A DNA stretch of 64,000 nt from Azolla caroliniana. Its lineage: Eukaryota > Plantae > Polypodiophyta. Below the pieces are notes generated by a model, which was not told where the DNA came from, searched no databases, and was given only the letters and a program-made list of their open reading frames with translations. The DNA is taken from positions 4,216,001-4,280,000 of the forward strand of contig JBHGNT010000009.1 of NCBI GenBank assembly GCA_043228905.1, in the 5' to 3' direction. The translations under genes and the position numbers were made by a program. Of the stretch, positions 21,378 to 33,599 are shown piece after piece. Position 1 is the first letter of the stretch. Every line of letters starts with the position of its first letter.

Positions 21378-24300
21378 GAGGTTGTTGCCTCTGTTGTAAC
21401 CGCATGGTGGCGAAGCGAGGAAGGCATGGCTTCAGCTGTGGATCGGATAGTGAGTGCGCAGGCACCCTCGATAGGGCCATTGAAGCGATTGTCGGCACGA
21501 TAGGCCGGTTCGATGGAAAGGACGCCACGAGCTATTTGGAGGCCTATTGAGCTGAAATGGTGATGAGGGACATTCTGGAGGGCAGGCGACTAGCCGGATT
21601 CCCTTAGGTGGCAATGCCGAGCATCCATGCGGAGGTGCTCGAGGTACGGGCTAAGAGCCGAACCTGGGAAGAATTTGAAGGTCGGCTCCTTGAGAAATAC
21701 AGGCTTGATGACACTCTTTGGCTATTGAAACGGGACTTCATGGAATGGGTGGAGACCCCCGAAAAGGGGAGAAATGCGTCGGTGCTCCTCCGGGAGTTTG
21801 GAGAACGCTTCGTGCGTCTTTCGGCGTTGGACCGGACCGTACTGGACACAAGTCGTGTCCTATTGTTTGTTAAATCGGTGGACGTGAGGGACCGGGAGCA
21901 AGTGGGCCTCCTGCTGGAGACCGACGATAGGATGACGGTCAATTGGGCCGTGGTGAAGAGAGTTTGCGGCCATTTCGACAAACGACGAGATTGGGTTGAT
22001 AAAGGCTCGATGGGAGCAGGCTCTGTTGCGGCAAGGAAGCTCAAGGTACCCCCACCAGCGCGAAGGGAGGAGATCCGAGATTGGCTTGAGACCGGCTCAC
22101 TTCGACCAGCGTAGTCAAGGGCCCGTCTGGAGGTGCGGCTCTGGAGGAGCTAACTCAGATGGTGAGGGACCTCCAGATTGCACATGCACAGAGGGACAAC
22201 GGTGAACAAGCCTTTGATCGAAGGCCTCCGGCCGGGGATCGGTGCTTTTGGTGCGACGTGGTCAGCCACGCCCGGAAGGATTGCGGGGATTTCACCGAAG
22301 CAATAAGGTCTAACGTGGTGTACCTGTGGAACGGGCGTGTACACGCTAGCGAAACTTGGAGGGCCCTAGAACTGAACTTCGGACGAGGGGGAATGAAGCG
22401 GTTGATGGAAGAAGCGGCGGCTCGCCACGCGGAGATTGTCCACTACTTGGCGTCGGCAGGAATCCGGGTGGGGAGTGACGAAGTTCGGAAGACGAAGGAC
22501 TCCGGGTTCTAGCCGTTGACGCTAGAAGGCCTCGCCGGTGTACGATTGAGGAAAGACGAAGCGGACTGCGCGGAAAGACGGGTCCGGGAGGTAACCGGGT
22601 GGAGCGACCCGGTCGAAGAAAAGATGGGCTTCATAGAAGCCGTGTGCCAGAACTACAAGGTTTTGGTGGAAGAGAAGCGTGTGGGAAAGACCGGAGGGGC
22701 TGGACCCTCGCAACGGTATGAGGCCCGGTTCAGGCAGAGGCAGAATGACGCCGGTGCATCCGGCGCACCGGACAAGGCCAAGAAGGCCAGTTACCGGTTG
22801 AGCACAGAGATCGAAAGGACCACGGACCTACGAAAGGTCCTGGAGGAAAGGATCCTCGACAACAAAGTGGAGCTGTCGCTGAGAGAAGTGCTCGGTATCG
22901 CCAAAAAGGAGTTCCACGACTCCATCCTAGAGTTGGTGAAGCGGAAGAGGCTTTCGATGGAGCCGGAGCCGGAGAAGCCAATGGAGGTGCTAACGACGCA
23001 CCTAGAAGACATGGCCTTGGAAGAGGAGTTGGCGGAAAGCCACTATTTGAGGCTACATTGGGCTAGAGCCACTACGGAGACCCCCGTGAAGATCGGAGGT
23101 GTTCAGGAGCCGGTGGTGGTGTTGATAGACCACGGTTCGGAAATCAACTTGATGTCCATGGACTTTTACAAGAAGGGCAAGTGGCTGATCAACACCAAGC
23201 ATGGGTGGAAAATAGAAGCGGCGATGCGCGCCATGGAGGAGCTAGCCATAGCCTACCCAAATGTACGAGTGAAAATCGGTGATTTTGAGATCGATCAACA
23301 GTTCTTTGTGTAGGAGACATCCTTGCATCCGGTGATACTCGGGGAATCGTACATCACAGCGGCACGAATGGAGACAAATGTGCTGGACAACGGGTCGGCG
23401 TACGCGCGAGTCAAGAGCCAAGACGGGCGTCACTCCGTCCAGTTTTTGATGGTACGACCGAACCATGAACGAAACTGAGAGACCCTCAGCGGCGAAAGCC
23501 GAGGAGATTTTCTGAGAGGGCTATCAAGGCGTGGGGCCGCGATAGTCCGGACACTTCGGAAAAACCCCACACGTGTACGGTAGGCAGAAGAACCTGTAAC
23601 ATAGGTAGGAGGTTTTGGTTCTCTGACAGCGGAGGTTGTACAATGGCCAACGTCGTTGGCCCGGAGAAGAAGCGGGCAGAAGAGGAACTCAGGGCATGCG
23701 GAGTCCTCGGCCCCGGAGAGGAAATCAACGGAGCCGTGGAGGTGGTCTCTTTCGACGACACCTTGGGGAAGCTACGGGAGGTGTTCGGAGAGGGCCTTAG
23801 TGGAGACCGGACGATCCCGGTATGTACGGAAAAGATGTACGAAGTCATCGCTGACTTCGGTAGAGGACTCGAGTCGGATCGGATGGCCTGAGTGGATACG
23901 AAGTACAAGACTATGGACTGGAAGGTGAGGCAAGTCGTGGCACCCTTAATGAAGGGCAGCGAGTTACAGATGAAAGGGGTCACGTCAGACCCAAGTTTAT
24001 GAGATCCGGCTGGCATAGGACACCTATTCATCGACATAACGCTACGGGAGCTCAAGGTCGGAGGGGAGTGTGTGTGTGTGTTGGCTTTCTACTACCGGCG
24101 GAGGAGAACCGGTTTCAGAGAATGTTCGGGAGGCACGGAAAGGCCTTCGTATTCTCGTCGGAGGAGATTGGGTGCGTAGACCCGAGGATTGTGGAATCGA
24201 TGGTGATCTTCACGGTACCACATGTACCGTGGAATCTCAAACCGATTCAAGTACCCAGTGTTAGAGACATAGACTAATGTAGGCATGAGATAAGGATAGA

Positions 24301-24702
24301 AAATAGATAAATAGATAGAAAGGAGAGAGAGAAAGAAGGGTGCCGATCCACCTGACCACCTCCGAGCGAAGGGATCGAGACGGACTCGAGCCTCGATCGG
24401 CGTTCCATACCACCGCCGTGGCGTCGAGTTGTACCTGGTGCTAGCGTGCTCGCTACAAGAGTTGACCGACCACAAGACAGAGTCTCGATGTAGTCAACAA
24501 GATAATGAAATGAGGGTAGCTAGGCCTCTTATTTATAGCGATACCCAAGGCCCCTAGGCAAGTTCACACTTGGCCTAATCGGTTGTCTCAATTCCGAGGA
24601 TTTAAAAGTAATCCTCCCCTTCTTTACACTCTCGTTTAACCCTCACACTTATCCACGTGTATAGAATACTACGGTAATTTCTCACCACGGGGTATTATAT
24701 GG

Positions 24703-27129
24703 TCATGCCCGTAACATACTCCCCCTCTTTAAAACATTGCACTCTTGCAATGGAAAGTTAGGGAAGTTAGTTCTGAGAGTATTTTCGTGTTCCCATGTGG
24801 CATCTTTTATTGATTTATCCATCCATTTTATTTTAAATTCTCGGATTTCTTTAGTACGTAATTTTTTTGTTTTAACATCGAGAATTCTTTCTGGTACATG
24901 TGGTTTAGAAGATAATTCTTCAGAAGTAACCAGAGTTTCAGTTGTAACTGTATTGTCGCCAGAACCTAGAAGTTCTTTTAGACGACTCACATGAAAAATT
25001 GGATGAATTTCAACACCATCTGGAAGAGCGAGATGATAGGCTGATGACCCAATGCGTTTGAGGACTGTAAATGGTCCACAAAACCGTGGGGCTAACTTAG
25101 CGCACTTACCCGTAGACAATGTCTTAGAATTGTGAGGTACACGTAAAAATACCTTTTGTCCAGGGTTGAATACACGACGTTGCCTATGATGATCGGCATA
25201 AAAACGCACTCTATCTTGAGCTGTTTTTATATTATCTTGTGCAATATGCAACATATCTTGCATATCCTGAAGAAAGTTGTGTACTTCGCAACTCATCATG
25301 ATGTATATTAACATCAATTGGGGCTCGTGGCTGAAAACCATACATCAACATAAAAGGACTATATCCCGTCGACGTATGCTTGGAGCTGTTATAAGCAAAC
25401 TCCAGAATTGGGAGATAACGTTCCCATTTTGTTGGTTTTGTACCAACGTATGCTCGAAGCATGTCCTCAATAATTTGATTTACTCGTTCTGTTTGTCCAT
25501 CGGATTGAGGATGATCCATGGAGCTCATGCTCAATGTAGTTTCTAACTTCTTAAAGACTTGCGTCCAGAAGTCACTAGTAAATTTTGGATCTCAATCACT
25601 CACAATATCCATTGGTAACCCATAAAAATGAAATAACTCGTCAACGAATTGGTAAGCCAATTCAGGATCTGTTACCGTGGTTTTAGTAGCAATAAATCTG
25701 GCCATTTTAGTTAGTCGATCAACCACAACCCAGATGGCATCATGGCCTTTTTGGGTGCGAGGAAGGCTAACAATAAAATCCATGGATATACTTTCCCACT
25801 TATTGTTGGGAATGTCCAAAGGATGTAAAAGTCTTGCGGCTTTAAGTCGCTTGGCTTTGTTAACCTGACATTGGTGACATTTAGTCACATAGCTATGTAT
25901 GTCAGGACGCATATTAGGCCAATAAAATTGAGTGGAGATGAGAACGAGTGTACGATGTATTCCAGGGTGCCCTGCTGAGGGTGCATCATGGCATTAGAAA
26001 AGAATCCTCTTTTTGACCTCGGGTAAATCTAGAACACAAACCTTCCCATTACGGTAGAGCAGACCGTTAACAATGTGGAAGTATTCCTTCGAGGATGTGG
26101 TGGTGTCTATTCCAGACTCAACTCTTGCCCAGTATTTTGCGAAATAACTGTCATCAGGATACTTTCTTCGAAGGTGATCATAAAGATCTGATGATATTTC
26201 AGTGAAGCTAAGCATGTTAATTTCACGGATGCGACTTAGTGCATCAGCGACAGTGTTCATGGAACCTTTACAATATCGTATGGAAAAATCAAAGTCCTGG
26301 ATGAGATCAGCCCATCATGCCTTACGACCTTTCAGGTCTTGTTGGTCACAAAAATATTTCAAGGACTCGTGGTCTGTAGTTACCACAAAGTGATTTCCAT
26401 AAAGATAATGGCGCCATGTTTTGAGCGCATGTATAACTGCAAATAATTCCTTTTCTTGAACGGTATACCGACATTGAGTAGAATCAAGTTTCTTACTCTC
26501 AAATGCTATTGGTTTACCATCTCGATATAAGACAACACCTATAGCATAATTGCTTGCATCGGTTTCAACCTCAAAAGGTTTTGAAGGATCGGGTAAAAGA
26601 AGTGAAGGAGCCTTGCACACTAGGTCCTTGAGTTCCTTAAAGGCGAGGTCTAGTGTAGCATTCCAGACAATAGGTTTTGTAGACTTACGCGTTTGACCTT
26701 TTAAAAGATCAGTAAACGACGTCGTCAATTGGGAGTAATTATGAAGGGATTTTCGCAAAAACCCGACAAAACCAAGGAATGATCGAACTTCTCGAATATT
26801 CCGAAGAGTGGGCCTAAGCTTGATTTTCTCGATGCGAGAAGGATCAATTTCAAGTCCTCGTTCGGTTATGAGATGTCCAAGATAAGTAATTGATTTCTTG
26901 AAGAACTCACATTTTGAGATCTTCGCATAAAACTGTTTGTCATGCCATGTTTGTAAAACAAAGCGGACATGTTTAAAATGTTCTTGTAATGTACGGCTAT
27001 AAACTAAAATATCATCCAAGAAAATAACGACAAATTTTCCAAGTTGTTCTCGGAAAATGTCATTCATTTCTTGTTGAAATGTAGCTTGAGCATTGGTCAA
27101 ACCAAAAACTCATAATGGCTATAGTGCGT
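24703..27129 (-). pseudogene. pol: G1 pol, 3' part: RT, RNase H, integrase, GPF motif, chromodomain
   Basis: IFLDDILVYS, VETDASNYAIG, SISMDFI, HPQSDGQTER, FCGPF, PERILD...IKW...ATWE. Confidence 0.9.
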
Positions 27130-27953
27130 TGTTGCGTTGTTACGCGTTGTCGTGAAGAAAACCGTCCATAGGCGGAATCGGCGCACCTAGGCGTGGGTAC
27201 CGGTTCTTCACGCGCGCAAGCTCCAAGTTGTGCATAGAAGCGAGTTAGGAGGATAACCGGCAGGAACGGGCCCTAACACAAGTGGAGACAAAGACCGCGC
27301 GAACAGTCTTTTCGATCGCGCGCGCGAGCAAAGGGACTGTACGAGTCGGCGGCGTAACTACGCGGACGCGTGAAGGACGGAGCGGATCCCTGTTCAAAAG
27401 GGACAGGGGAATAAAGCTGACAGGACGGCCTGCTCGTCGGGCTATAAAAAGAGGAGGAAAGAGCTGTTGCAGATATCTCGCGCGGAGAGGACGAAGTGCT
27501 GTCGGACCGTTTCTGGACGCTTCTCTCTCTGTTTCCTTCCTTCTTGAGCTCCATAGCTTTTCTGTGCAGGGTTCCGAGGAGGCTCGTGCTGCTTCGAGGA
27601 ACGCCCGAGTGCTTCCGGCAGCACCTCCGACCTGCTTCCCCCCCCCCTTTTTGTGCATCAAAGCGAACAAGTATCGGCATCTGTTCGCCGGCTTGTTCGG
27701 TTGTAACCAACCTGAGCCCCATCGAGGGTTGTAGTCGTGTTAGCCATTTTTGTTAATATACATATTTAGTCGTTCGCGTCTGTCTGTGTCGGTGTCTGTT
27801 CGCGTTCTCCGTGCTGAAGGGCCGTGTCCCTGTGTATCCCCGGTCCTGCGTAGCCGGTTCTCTCTCTTTCTCCTCCCTCGCTTGCTCTTTGGTTCGAGAC
27901 CCCCGCGGTCCCGCCTCATCTCCACACGCACTTGCGAAATATCTCGACATCTT

Positions 27954-27971
27954 TGGTGAACCCGACGTGAA
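27954..27971 (+). promoter_or_regulatory. E2 primer binding site, tRNA-Trp
   Basis: TGGTGAACCCGACGTGAA, 4 nt after the LTR end. Confidence 0.88.
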
Positions 27972-27993
27972 AGAGGCGGCAGAAGAGCAGAAG

Positions 27994-30120
27994 ATGAGGG
28001 GGTCGGATCTCGCGGAGGCCATGGCTTCGGCTGTGGATCGGATTGTAAACGCGCGCGAGAGCACCGGTGCCCTCGACAGAGCTATTGAGGCGGTCGTCGG
28101 CACGATCGGCCGGTTCGATGGGAAGGATGCCACGAAGTACTTGGCGTCCTACGGTGCAGAGATGCTGATGCGGGACATTCCGGAAGAAAGGCGTCTTGCC
28201 GGATTTCCCCGAGTAGCGATGCCAAGCATCCATGCGGAGGTGCTCGAGGTGCGGACGGAGAGCCGTACCTGGGAGGAGTTCGAAGGTCGGCTCCTAGAGA
28301 AATACGGGCTGGACGACGCGCTCCGGCTTTCGAAGCGAAGGTTCATGGAATGGGTGGAGTCCCCGGGGAAGGGAAGAAACGCGTCGGCGCTCCTCCGGGA
28401 GTTCGAGGAAAACTTTGCGCGCCTTTCGGCGCTTGACCGAACCATCCTGGACACGAGCCGGGTCTTGCTGTTTGTCAAGTCGGTCGACGAGCGGGATCGG
28501 GAGCAAGTGGGCTTCTTGCTGGAAACCGAAGACGGGCTCACTACCGACTGGGCGGCTGTCAGGAAGGTCTGTGGCCGTTTCGACAAACGGCGAGAATGGG
28601 CGGATAACGGGGCGACCGGGTCGGGCTCGGTCGCAGCAAGGAAGCTCGAACCAGCGCCACAGGTGCGCAAAGAAGAGACCCGGGAGTGGTTGGAAACCGG
28701 TTCGGCTTCGACCGGCGTAGTCAGAGGCTCAACCGGAGGAGCGGCGCTGGAGGAATTGACGAAGGCGATAAAGGACCTCCAAATCGCGCAGGCCCGAAGG
28801 GAAGGAGGCGAACCGGCTCGTGACCGACGGCCGGCGGCAGGAAACAGGTGCATGTGGTGCGATGAAGTCGGCCACATTCGGAAGGACTGCGGCGACTTCG
28901 CGGAGGCGCTGAGGGACAGGGTGGTGTACCTGTGGGAAGGACGGGTGCATGCCAGCGACACCCGAAGGGCCCTGAGCCGAAACGACGGAAAAGGTGGTAT
29001 GAAAAGGTTGATGGAAGAGGCGGCGGCCCGACACGCGGAAACCGTCCACTACTCGGCGTCGGCCGGCATTCGAGTCGGGGGCGGCGAGGCCCGAAGGGAA
29101 AGCAAAGCGGGATTCTGGCCGACGATGCTGGAAGGCCTTGCCGGTGCAAGGCTTAAAGGGGAGGAATCGGACCGTGCGGAGAAACGGGTACGGGAGATGA
29201 CCGGGTGGAGCGACCCGGTCGAGGAAAGGACGGGCTTCGTGGAAGCTGCTTGCCAGAACTACGAGGCTCTGGTAGAAGAGAAGCGGGTGGGGAGACCCGG
29301 GACGACCGGGCCCTCACAACGATACGAGACCCGGTCCGGGCCACGACGGGACGAAGCCGGCGGGGCCGGTACGCAAGATAAACCCCAAAAGGGCGGGTAC
29401 CGTCTGGGGACGGAGATAGAAAGGACCACGGACTTACGAAAGGTCCTGGAGGAACGGATCCTCGACAGCAAGGTGGAGCTGTCGTTACGAGAGGTGCTGG
29501 GAATCGCCAAGAAGGAGTTCCACGACTCCATCGTGGACTTGGTGAAACGGAAGAGGCTGTCGACGGAGACAGAACCGGAAAGACCGGTGGAAGTGCGGAC
29601 GACGCACCTAGACGATATGGCACTGGGAGACGAGTGGGCGGAAAGCCACTATTCGAGACCACACTGGGCCCGAGCGACCACGGAAACCCCGGTGAAGATC
29701 GGCGATGTCCAGGAACCGGTGATAGCTTTGGTGGACCACGGATCGGAGATCAATTTGATGTCCATGGACTTCTATAAGAAGGGCAAATGGCCGATCAATA
29801 CCAAGCACGGGTGGAAAATAAGGGCAGCAACGCGCGCCACCGAGGAACTGCACGGGGCCTGTCCGAATGTGCGAGTCAAGATCGGCGACGTCGAGATTGA
29901 CCAGCACTTCTTCGTGCAGGAGACGTCTTCGCATCCGGTCATTCTGGGAGAGCCGTACATCACGGCGGCGCGAATGGAGACCAAAGTGCTGGACAATGGT
30001 TCAGCCTACGCGAGGGTCAAAAGCCAAGACGGGCGCCATTCGGTCCAGTTTCTGACGGTAAGGCCGAACCACGAACGTAACCGCGATTCCCTCGGTTCCG
30101 AAAACCGAGAGGATTTTTAG
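27994..30120 (+). CDS. gag: E2 ORF1: Gag, zinc knuckle, protease (intact)
   Basis: Uninterrupted ORF, near-identical to E1 ORF1. Confidence 0.94.
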   Translation: MRGSDLAEAMASAVDRIVNARESTGALDRAIEAVVGTIGRFDGKDATKYLASYGAEMLMRDIPEERRLAGFPRVAMPSIHAEVLEVRTESRTWEEFEGRLLEKYGLDDALRLSKRRFMEWVESPGKGRNASALLREFEENFARLSALDRTILDTSRVLLFVKSVDERDREQVGFLLETEDGLTTDWAAVRKVCGRFDKRREWADNGATGSGSVAARKLEPAPQVRKEETREWLETGSASTGVVRGSTGGAALEELTKAIKDLQIAQARREGGEPARDRRPAAGNRCMWCDEVGHIRKDCGDFAEALRDRVVYLWEGRVHASDTRRALSRNDGKGGMKRLMEEAAARHAETVHYSASAGIRVGGGEARRESKAGFWPTMLEGLAGARLKGEESDRAEKRVREMTGWSDPVEERTGFVEAACQNYEALVEEKRVGRPGTTGPSQRYETRSGPRRDEAGGAGTQDKPQKGGYRLGTEIERTTDLRKVLEERILDSKVELSLREVLGIAKKEFHDSIVDLVKRKRLSTETEPERPVEVRTTHLDDMALGDEWAESHYSRPHWARATTETPVKIGDVQEPVIALVDHGSEINLMSMDFYKKGKWPINTKHGWKIRAATRATEELHGACPNVRVKIGDVEIDQHFFVQETSSHPVILGEPYITAARMETKVLDNGSAYARVKSQDGRHSVQFLTVRPNHERNRDSLGSENREDF

Positions 30121-33100
30121 AGAGGACTGCCAAGGCGTGGGGCCGCGACAGTCCGGATGCTCCGGGAAAACCCCACATCTGTACGATAAAACCGTGTACA
30201 ATAGGTAGGAAATTTTGCTTCTCCGACAGCGGAGCATGTACGATGGTCGGCATCACCGGCCGAGAGAAAACAAAGACGGAGGGGAGACTTCGGGCGTGCG
30301 GAGTTCTCGGCCCTGTCGAAGGAATCAACGGAGCCGTGGAGGCAGTCTCCTTCGACGACACCTTGGGAATGCTGGGGAAGGTAGTCGAAGAAGACTTTAA
30401 CGAAGACCGGACGATACCGGTATGTTCCGAAGAAATGTACGAAGTCATCGCGGACTTCGGTCGAGGGCTCGAGTCGGAACGGACGGCCCGAGTGAGCACC
30501 AAGTACAAGACGGTGGACCGGAAGGTGAGACCAGTTGCGGCGCCCTTACCGGAGGGCAGCGAATCCTGGATTAAAGGGGTTGCATCGGACCCCAGCTTAC
30601 GAGATCGGGCCTGCATAGGACACACCTTCACCAACGAGACGCTCCGCGAGCTGAAGATCGGTGGGGGCGGGTTCCTACTGCCGGCGGAGGAAGACCGGTT
30701 CCGGAGAATGCTCGGAAGGCACGGGAAAGCCTTCGCATTCTCGCCGGAGGAAATCGGGTGCGTGGACCCGACGATCGTAGAGCCGATGGAGATATTCACG
30801 GTACCGCATGTACCGTGGAATCTCAAGCCAATTTCGGTTCCGAGAGCTCACATCCCGAAGTTGATGGAGCTGTTGAAGCAGAAAGTTGATATGGGCATTC
30901 TCGAGCCGTCGAGCGTCCCGTATTCAAACCGCTGGTTTACCGTGCCAAAGAAAAACGGATCATTGCGCTTCATTCAGGACCTGCAGCCGGTCAATAGAGT
31001 GACCATTCGGAACGCAGGGATCGGACCGACCATAGACGAGTTCGTGGAGGCCTTCGCCGGAAGGTCGATTTACTCGGTCGGTGATCTGTACTCAGGGTAC
31101 GACCAGTTCCAGCTAGCCGTGGAAAGCAGAGACATTACGACGATGCGAACTCCCCTCGGCCTAGTGCGGATGTGTACGCTGCCGCAAGGAGGGACCAACT
31201 CGGTGGCCCACATGGTGAATGCGATGAACAAGGTGCTGAGGGACTGCATCCCGGACATCACCATGCCGTTTCTAGACGACATCCCGATCAAGGGATGCCC
31301 GGTAGAAGAGAAGGACGAGACGGTCGGGCCGGACGGATGCCGGCGATTCGTGATGGCGCACATCGACGACTGCGAGAAGGTGCTGCAAAGGCTAGAGGAT
31401 GCGGGGCTCACCTTCTCGGGGGAGAAATCAGCCTTCGGGCAGTCGGAAATCATGGTGGTCGGACACTTATGTGGGCCATATGGCCGGAAACCGTCTCCGG
31501 CAAAGGTAGAAGCCATCTCCGCGATGAAGCCCGACTGCAGCTCGGTCACGGAAGTACGTAGATTCCTGGGGGCATGTGCATTTTACCACATATGGATCCC
31601 GCATTACGCCCATGTTGCGGAGCCGCTATACGGATTATTGAGGAAAGGGCGAAGATTCGAATGGCTAGACAAGCACAAGGAGTCGGTCCGGAAGCTGAAG
31701 GAGGCTCTCTCGGCAGCACCGGCGCTCCGAAAGGCCGTCTACGGAAAGGGCACCCCAGTGTACATAACGGTTGACACGAGTCCGACCGGAATCGGGTGGG
31801 TCGTCAACCAAGCAGACGAGGACGGCAATCGGTTTCCGATCCGATTCGGCGCGAAGGTCCTCAGCGAACGGCAGCGAGGATACGCCCAGGTTAAACGCGA
31901 ACTCTGGGGTATCGTTTCGGCGGTGAAAGCCGACAAGGACTATCTGATCGGGACAGAGGTAATCATAGAGACGGATTGCATGCCGATTCTCGGCATGGTT
32001 TCCGGATGCGCGACGCCGGACCTGGCAATGCTCAGGTGGATAGCGTACATCAAGTCCCTGGACCCGGGAATACGACACATTTCCGGGAAAGACAACGCCA
32101 TGGCCGACATGCTTTCGAGGGTGAGATTCGATGACGAGGGCGGCATGATTTCGGAGGACGAAGAGGTCGGCGTGGACTTCTTCGAGACTGCGTATGTAAC
32201 CACCGACGGGACAAGCACTCCGGCGCTTAACGACTTCGACGCGAGCAAGTACGACGGGGAGTGGCTGCAGATCGGTGGGTTTTTGAAGACAATGACGCCC
32301 GATGCGTCATGGACGAAGGACGAGGCCAACCGGATCCGGAAGAAAGCGTACCGGTTCTTTCTCCGGGACGGATACTTGTGGAAGCACCCGAACAGGAGGA
32401 ACGGCGTCCCGCTCCGGGTGGTGGCAATGAAGGAAGATCAGGAGGAGCTGCTAGCGGCCTACCACGACAGCCCTTGGGCTGGACACCGTGGAACATGGGC
32501 TACGTTTGAGAAACTGAAGGGGAAGTATTGGTGGCCGGGGCAGTACCAGGACGTGCATCAGTTCGTGACAACTTGCGAGAGCTGTCAGATGCACTCCATA
32601 GTCCGACATCGAGACGAGCTTCACCCTACGTACCCTCCGACCATCCACTTCAAATGGATGGTAGATCTGGTGACGATGCCAATGGGGGTAGGACAGATGC
32701 GATACCTGGTCCTAACGCGGGAGGATCTGACGAACCAGGTGGAAGGCCGGGCCCTTTCGAACAAAACAACCGAGGCCGTATGCCGGTTCCTAATCGAGGA
32801 CGTGATATGCCGGTACGGGTGCGTCGGGAAGATCGTGGCTGACCGAGGGGAGTTGGACGCCGAAGAAGCCGCGGAGCTGTTCGACCGGCTGGGAGTCAAG
32901 CTCTCGCTCACCACTGCGTACAATCCGGAGGCGAATGGAAAGGTGGAGCGCGGACACGGACCGATCGTCAAGGCGTTGGTTCGGGCATGCAGAGGCCGAG
33001 TCGGTAACTGGCCGCGGCTGCTACCTTATGCTTTGTGGGCGGACCGGACCACGCACAGTTCGGTAACCGGGTACATGCCGACGGAGCTCATGTTCGGCCA

Positions 33101-33599
33101 GAAGCCGATCATGCCGATGGAACGGACGATCTCCTCATGGGCAACGGTCGATTGGAGGGACGAGATGAGCCGGGAGGAGTTGTTGGCCGCGCGTATACGA
33201 CAACTCGAGCGGAGACCGGAGGACGTGGAACTGGCTACGGAGAAGCTCCAGGTGGCGAGGACAAAGAACAAAGCCAGGTTCGACCGAATGCACCGGCTCC
33301 GACCGAAGAAAATCGAAGAAGGTGACTGGGTGCTCGTCTACGACAGCAGCCTCGACAACCAGCACCGAGCCACACGGAAGTTCGCACGAAGGTGGTTCGG
33401 GCCTTACGTGGTACGGAGCGCCAATGACAACGGGACATATCACCTGGCGGAACTCGACGGCACGAGAGTGGCGATACCGGTTGCAGGGAAGCGGATCAAA
33501 GAGTTCAAGAAGCGACACGACGACAAGCCAGACCCGGCTCTTCTAGTCAGCAGTGACGAACGATCCGAAAACGAGGAAGAACCGACGGGCGAGGAATGA
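30111..33599 (+). CDS. pol: E2 ORF2 pol (RT-RNaseH-IN), intact; probably reached by -1 frameshift at 30111-30117
   Basis: 1118-aa ORF from the ATG at 30243, with the frame open back to GGATTTT. All RT, RH and IN motifs present; no chromodomain. Confidence 0.94.
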   Translation, partial: GFLERTAKAWGRDSPDAPGKPHICTIKPCTIGRKFCFSDSGACTMVGITGREKTKTEGRLRACGVLGPVEGINGAVEAVSFDDTLGMLGKVVEEDFNEDRTIPVCSEEMYEVIADFGRGLESERTARVSTKYKTVDRKVRPVAAPLPEGSESWIKGVASDPSLRDRACIGHTFTNETLRELKIGGGGFLLPAEEDRFRRMLGRHGKAFAFSPEEIGCVDPTIVEPMEIFTVPHVPWNLKPISVPRAHIPKLMELLKQKVDMGILEPSSVPYSNRWFTVPKKNGSLRFIQDLQPVNRVTIRNAGIGPTIDEFVEAFAGRSIYSVGDLYSGYDQFQLAVESRDITTMRTPLGLVRMCTLPQGGTNSVAHMVNAMNKVLRDCIPDITMPFLDDIPIKGCPVEEKDETVGPDGCRRFVMAHIDDCEKVLQRLEDAGLTFSGEKSAFGQSEIMVVGHLCGPYGRKPSPAKVEAISAMKPDCSSVTEVRRFLGACAFYHIWIPHYAHVAEPLYGLLRKGRRFEWLDKHKESVRKLKEALSAAPALRKAVYGKGTPVYITVDTSPTGIGWVVNQADEDGNRFPIRFGAKVLSERQRGYAQVKRELWGIVSAVKADKDYLIGTEVIIETDCMPILGMVSGCATPDLAMLRWIAYIKSLDPGIRHISGKDNAMADMLSRVRFDDEGGMISEDEEVGVDFFETAYVTTDGTSTPALNDFDASKYDGEWLQIGGFLKTMTPDASWTKDEANRIRKKAYRFFLRDGYLWKHPNRRNGVPLRVVAMKEDQEELLAAYHDSPWAGHRGTWATFEKLKGKYWWPGQYQDVHQFVTTCESCQMHSIVRHRDELHPTYPPTIHFKWMVDLVTMPMGVGQMRYLVLTREDLTNQVEGRALSNKTTEAVCRFLIEDVICRYGCVGKIVADRGELDAEEAAELFDRLGVKLSLTTAYNPEANGKVERGHGPIVKALVRACRGRVGNWPRLLPYALWADRTTHSSVTGYMPTELMFGQKPIMPMERTISSWATVDWRDEMSREELLAARIRQLERRPEDVELATEKLQVARTKNKARFDRMHRLRPKKIEEGDWVLVYDSSLDNQHRATRKFARRWFGPYVVRSANDNGTYHLAELDGTRVAIPVAGKRIKEFKKRHDDKPDPALLVSSDERSENEEEPTGEE

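Larger units (their letters stand above)
16369..21420 (+). mobile_element. C2: degenerate copia element (Tto1/Tork-like, related to C1/C4) with truncated 3' LTR
   Basis: 5' LTR 16369-16962 (TGTTAGG...CCTATCA), PBS TGGTATCAGAGC 16966-16977, PPT AAGGGGGAG ~21074-21082. The 3' LTR runs from 21085 to ~21420 and then jumps into E5 gag. Confidence 0.92.
15714..24258 (+). mobile_element. E5: old degenerate E-family gypsy (partial 5' LTR 15714-16368; gag-PR ~21421-23515; start of pol to 24258); interrupted by C2 and G1
   Basis: LTR starts TGTCGTGGAGAAAACCG. Gag fragments are homologous to E1 (AMPSIHAEVLEV, CFWCDVVSHARKDC, LIDHGSEINLM). pol is cut at ...VPWNLKPIQVP by the G1 LTR. Confidence 0.9.

Noticed and set aside
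27811-27993. N-terminal extension of E2 Gag (769-aa ORF) and of C4 (from 57555)
   Set aside because: These non-ATG starts lie inside the LTR and are not conserved in other copies. The ATGs at 27994 and 57609 are preferred.
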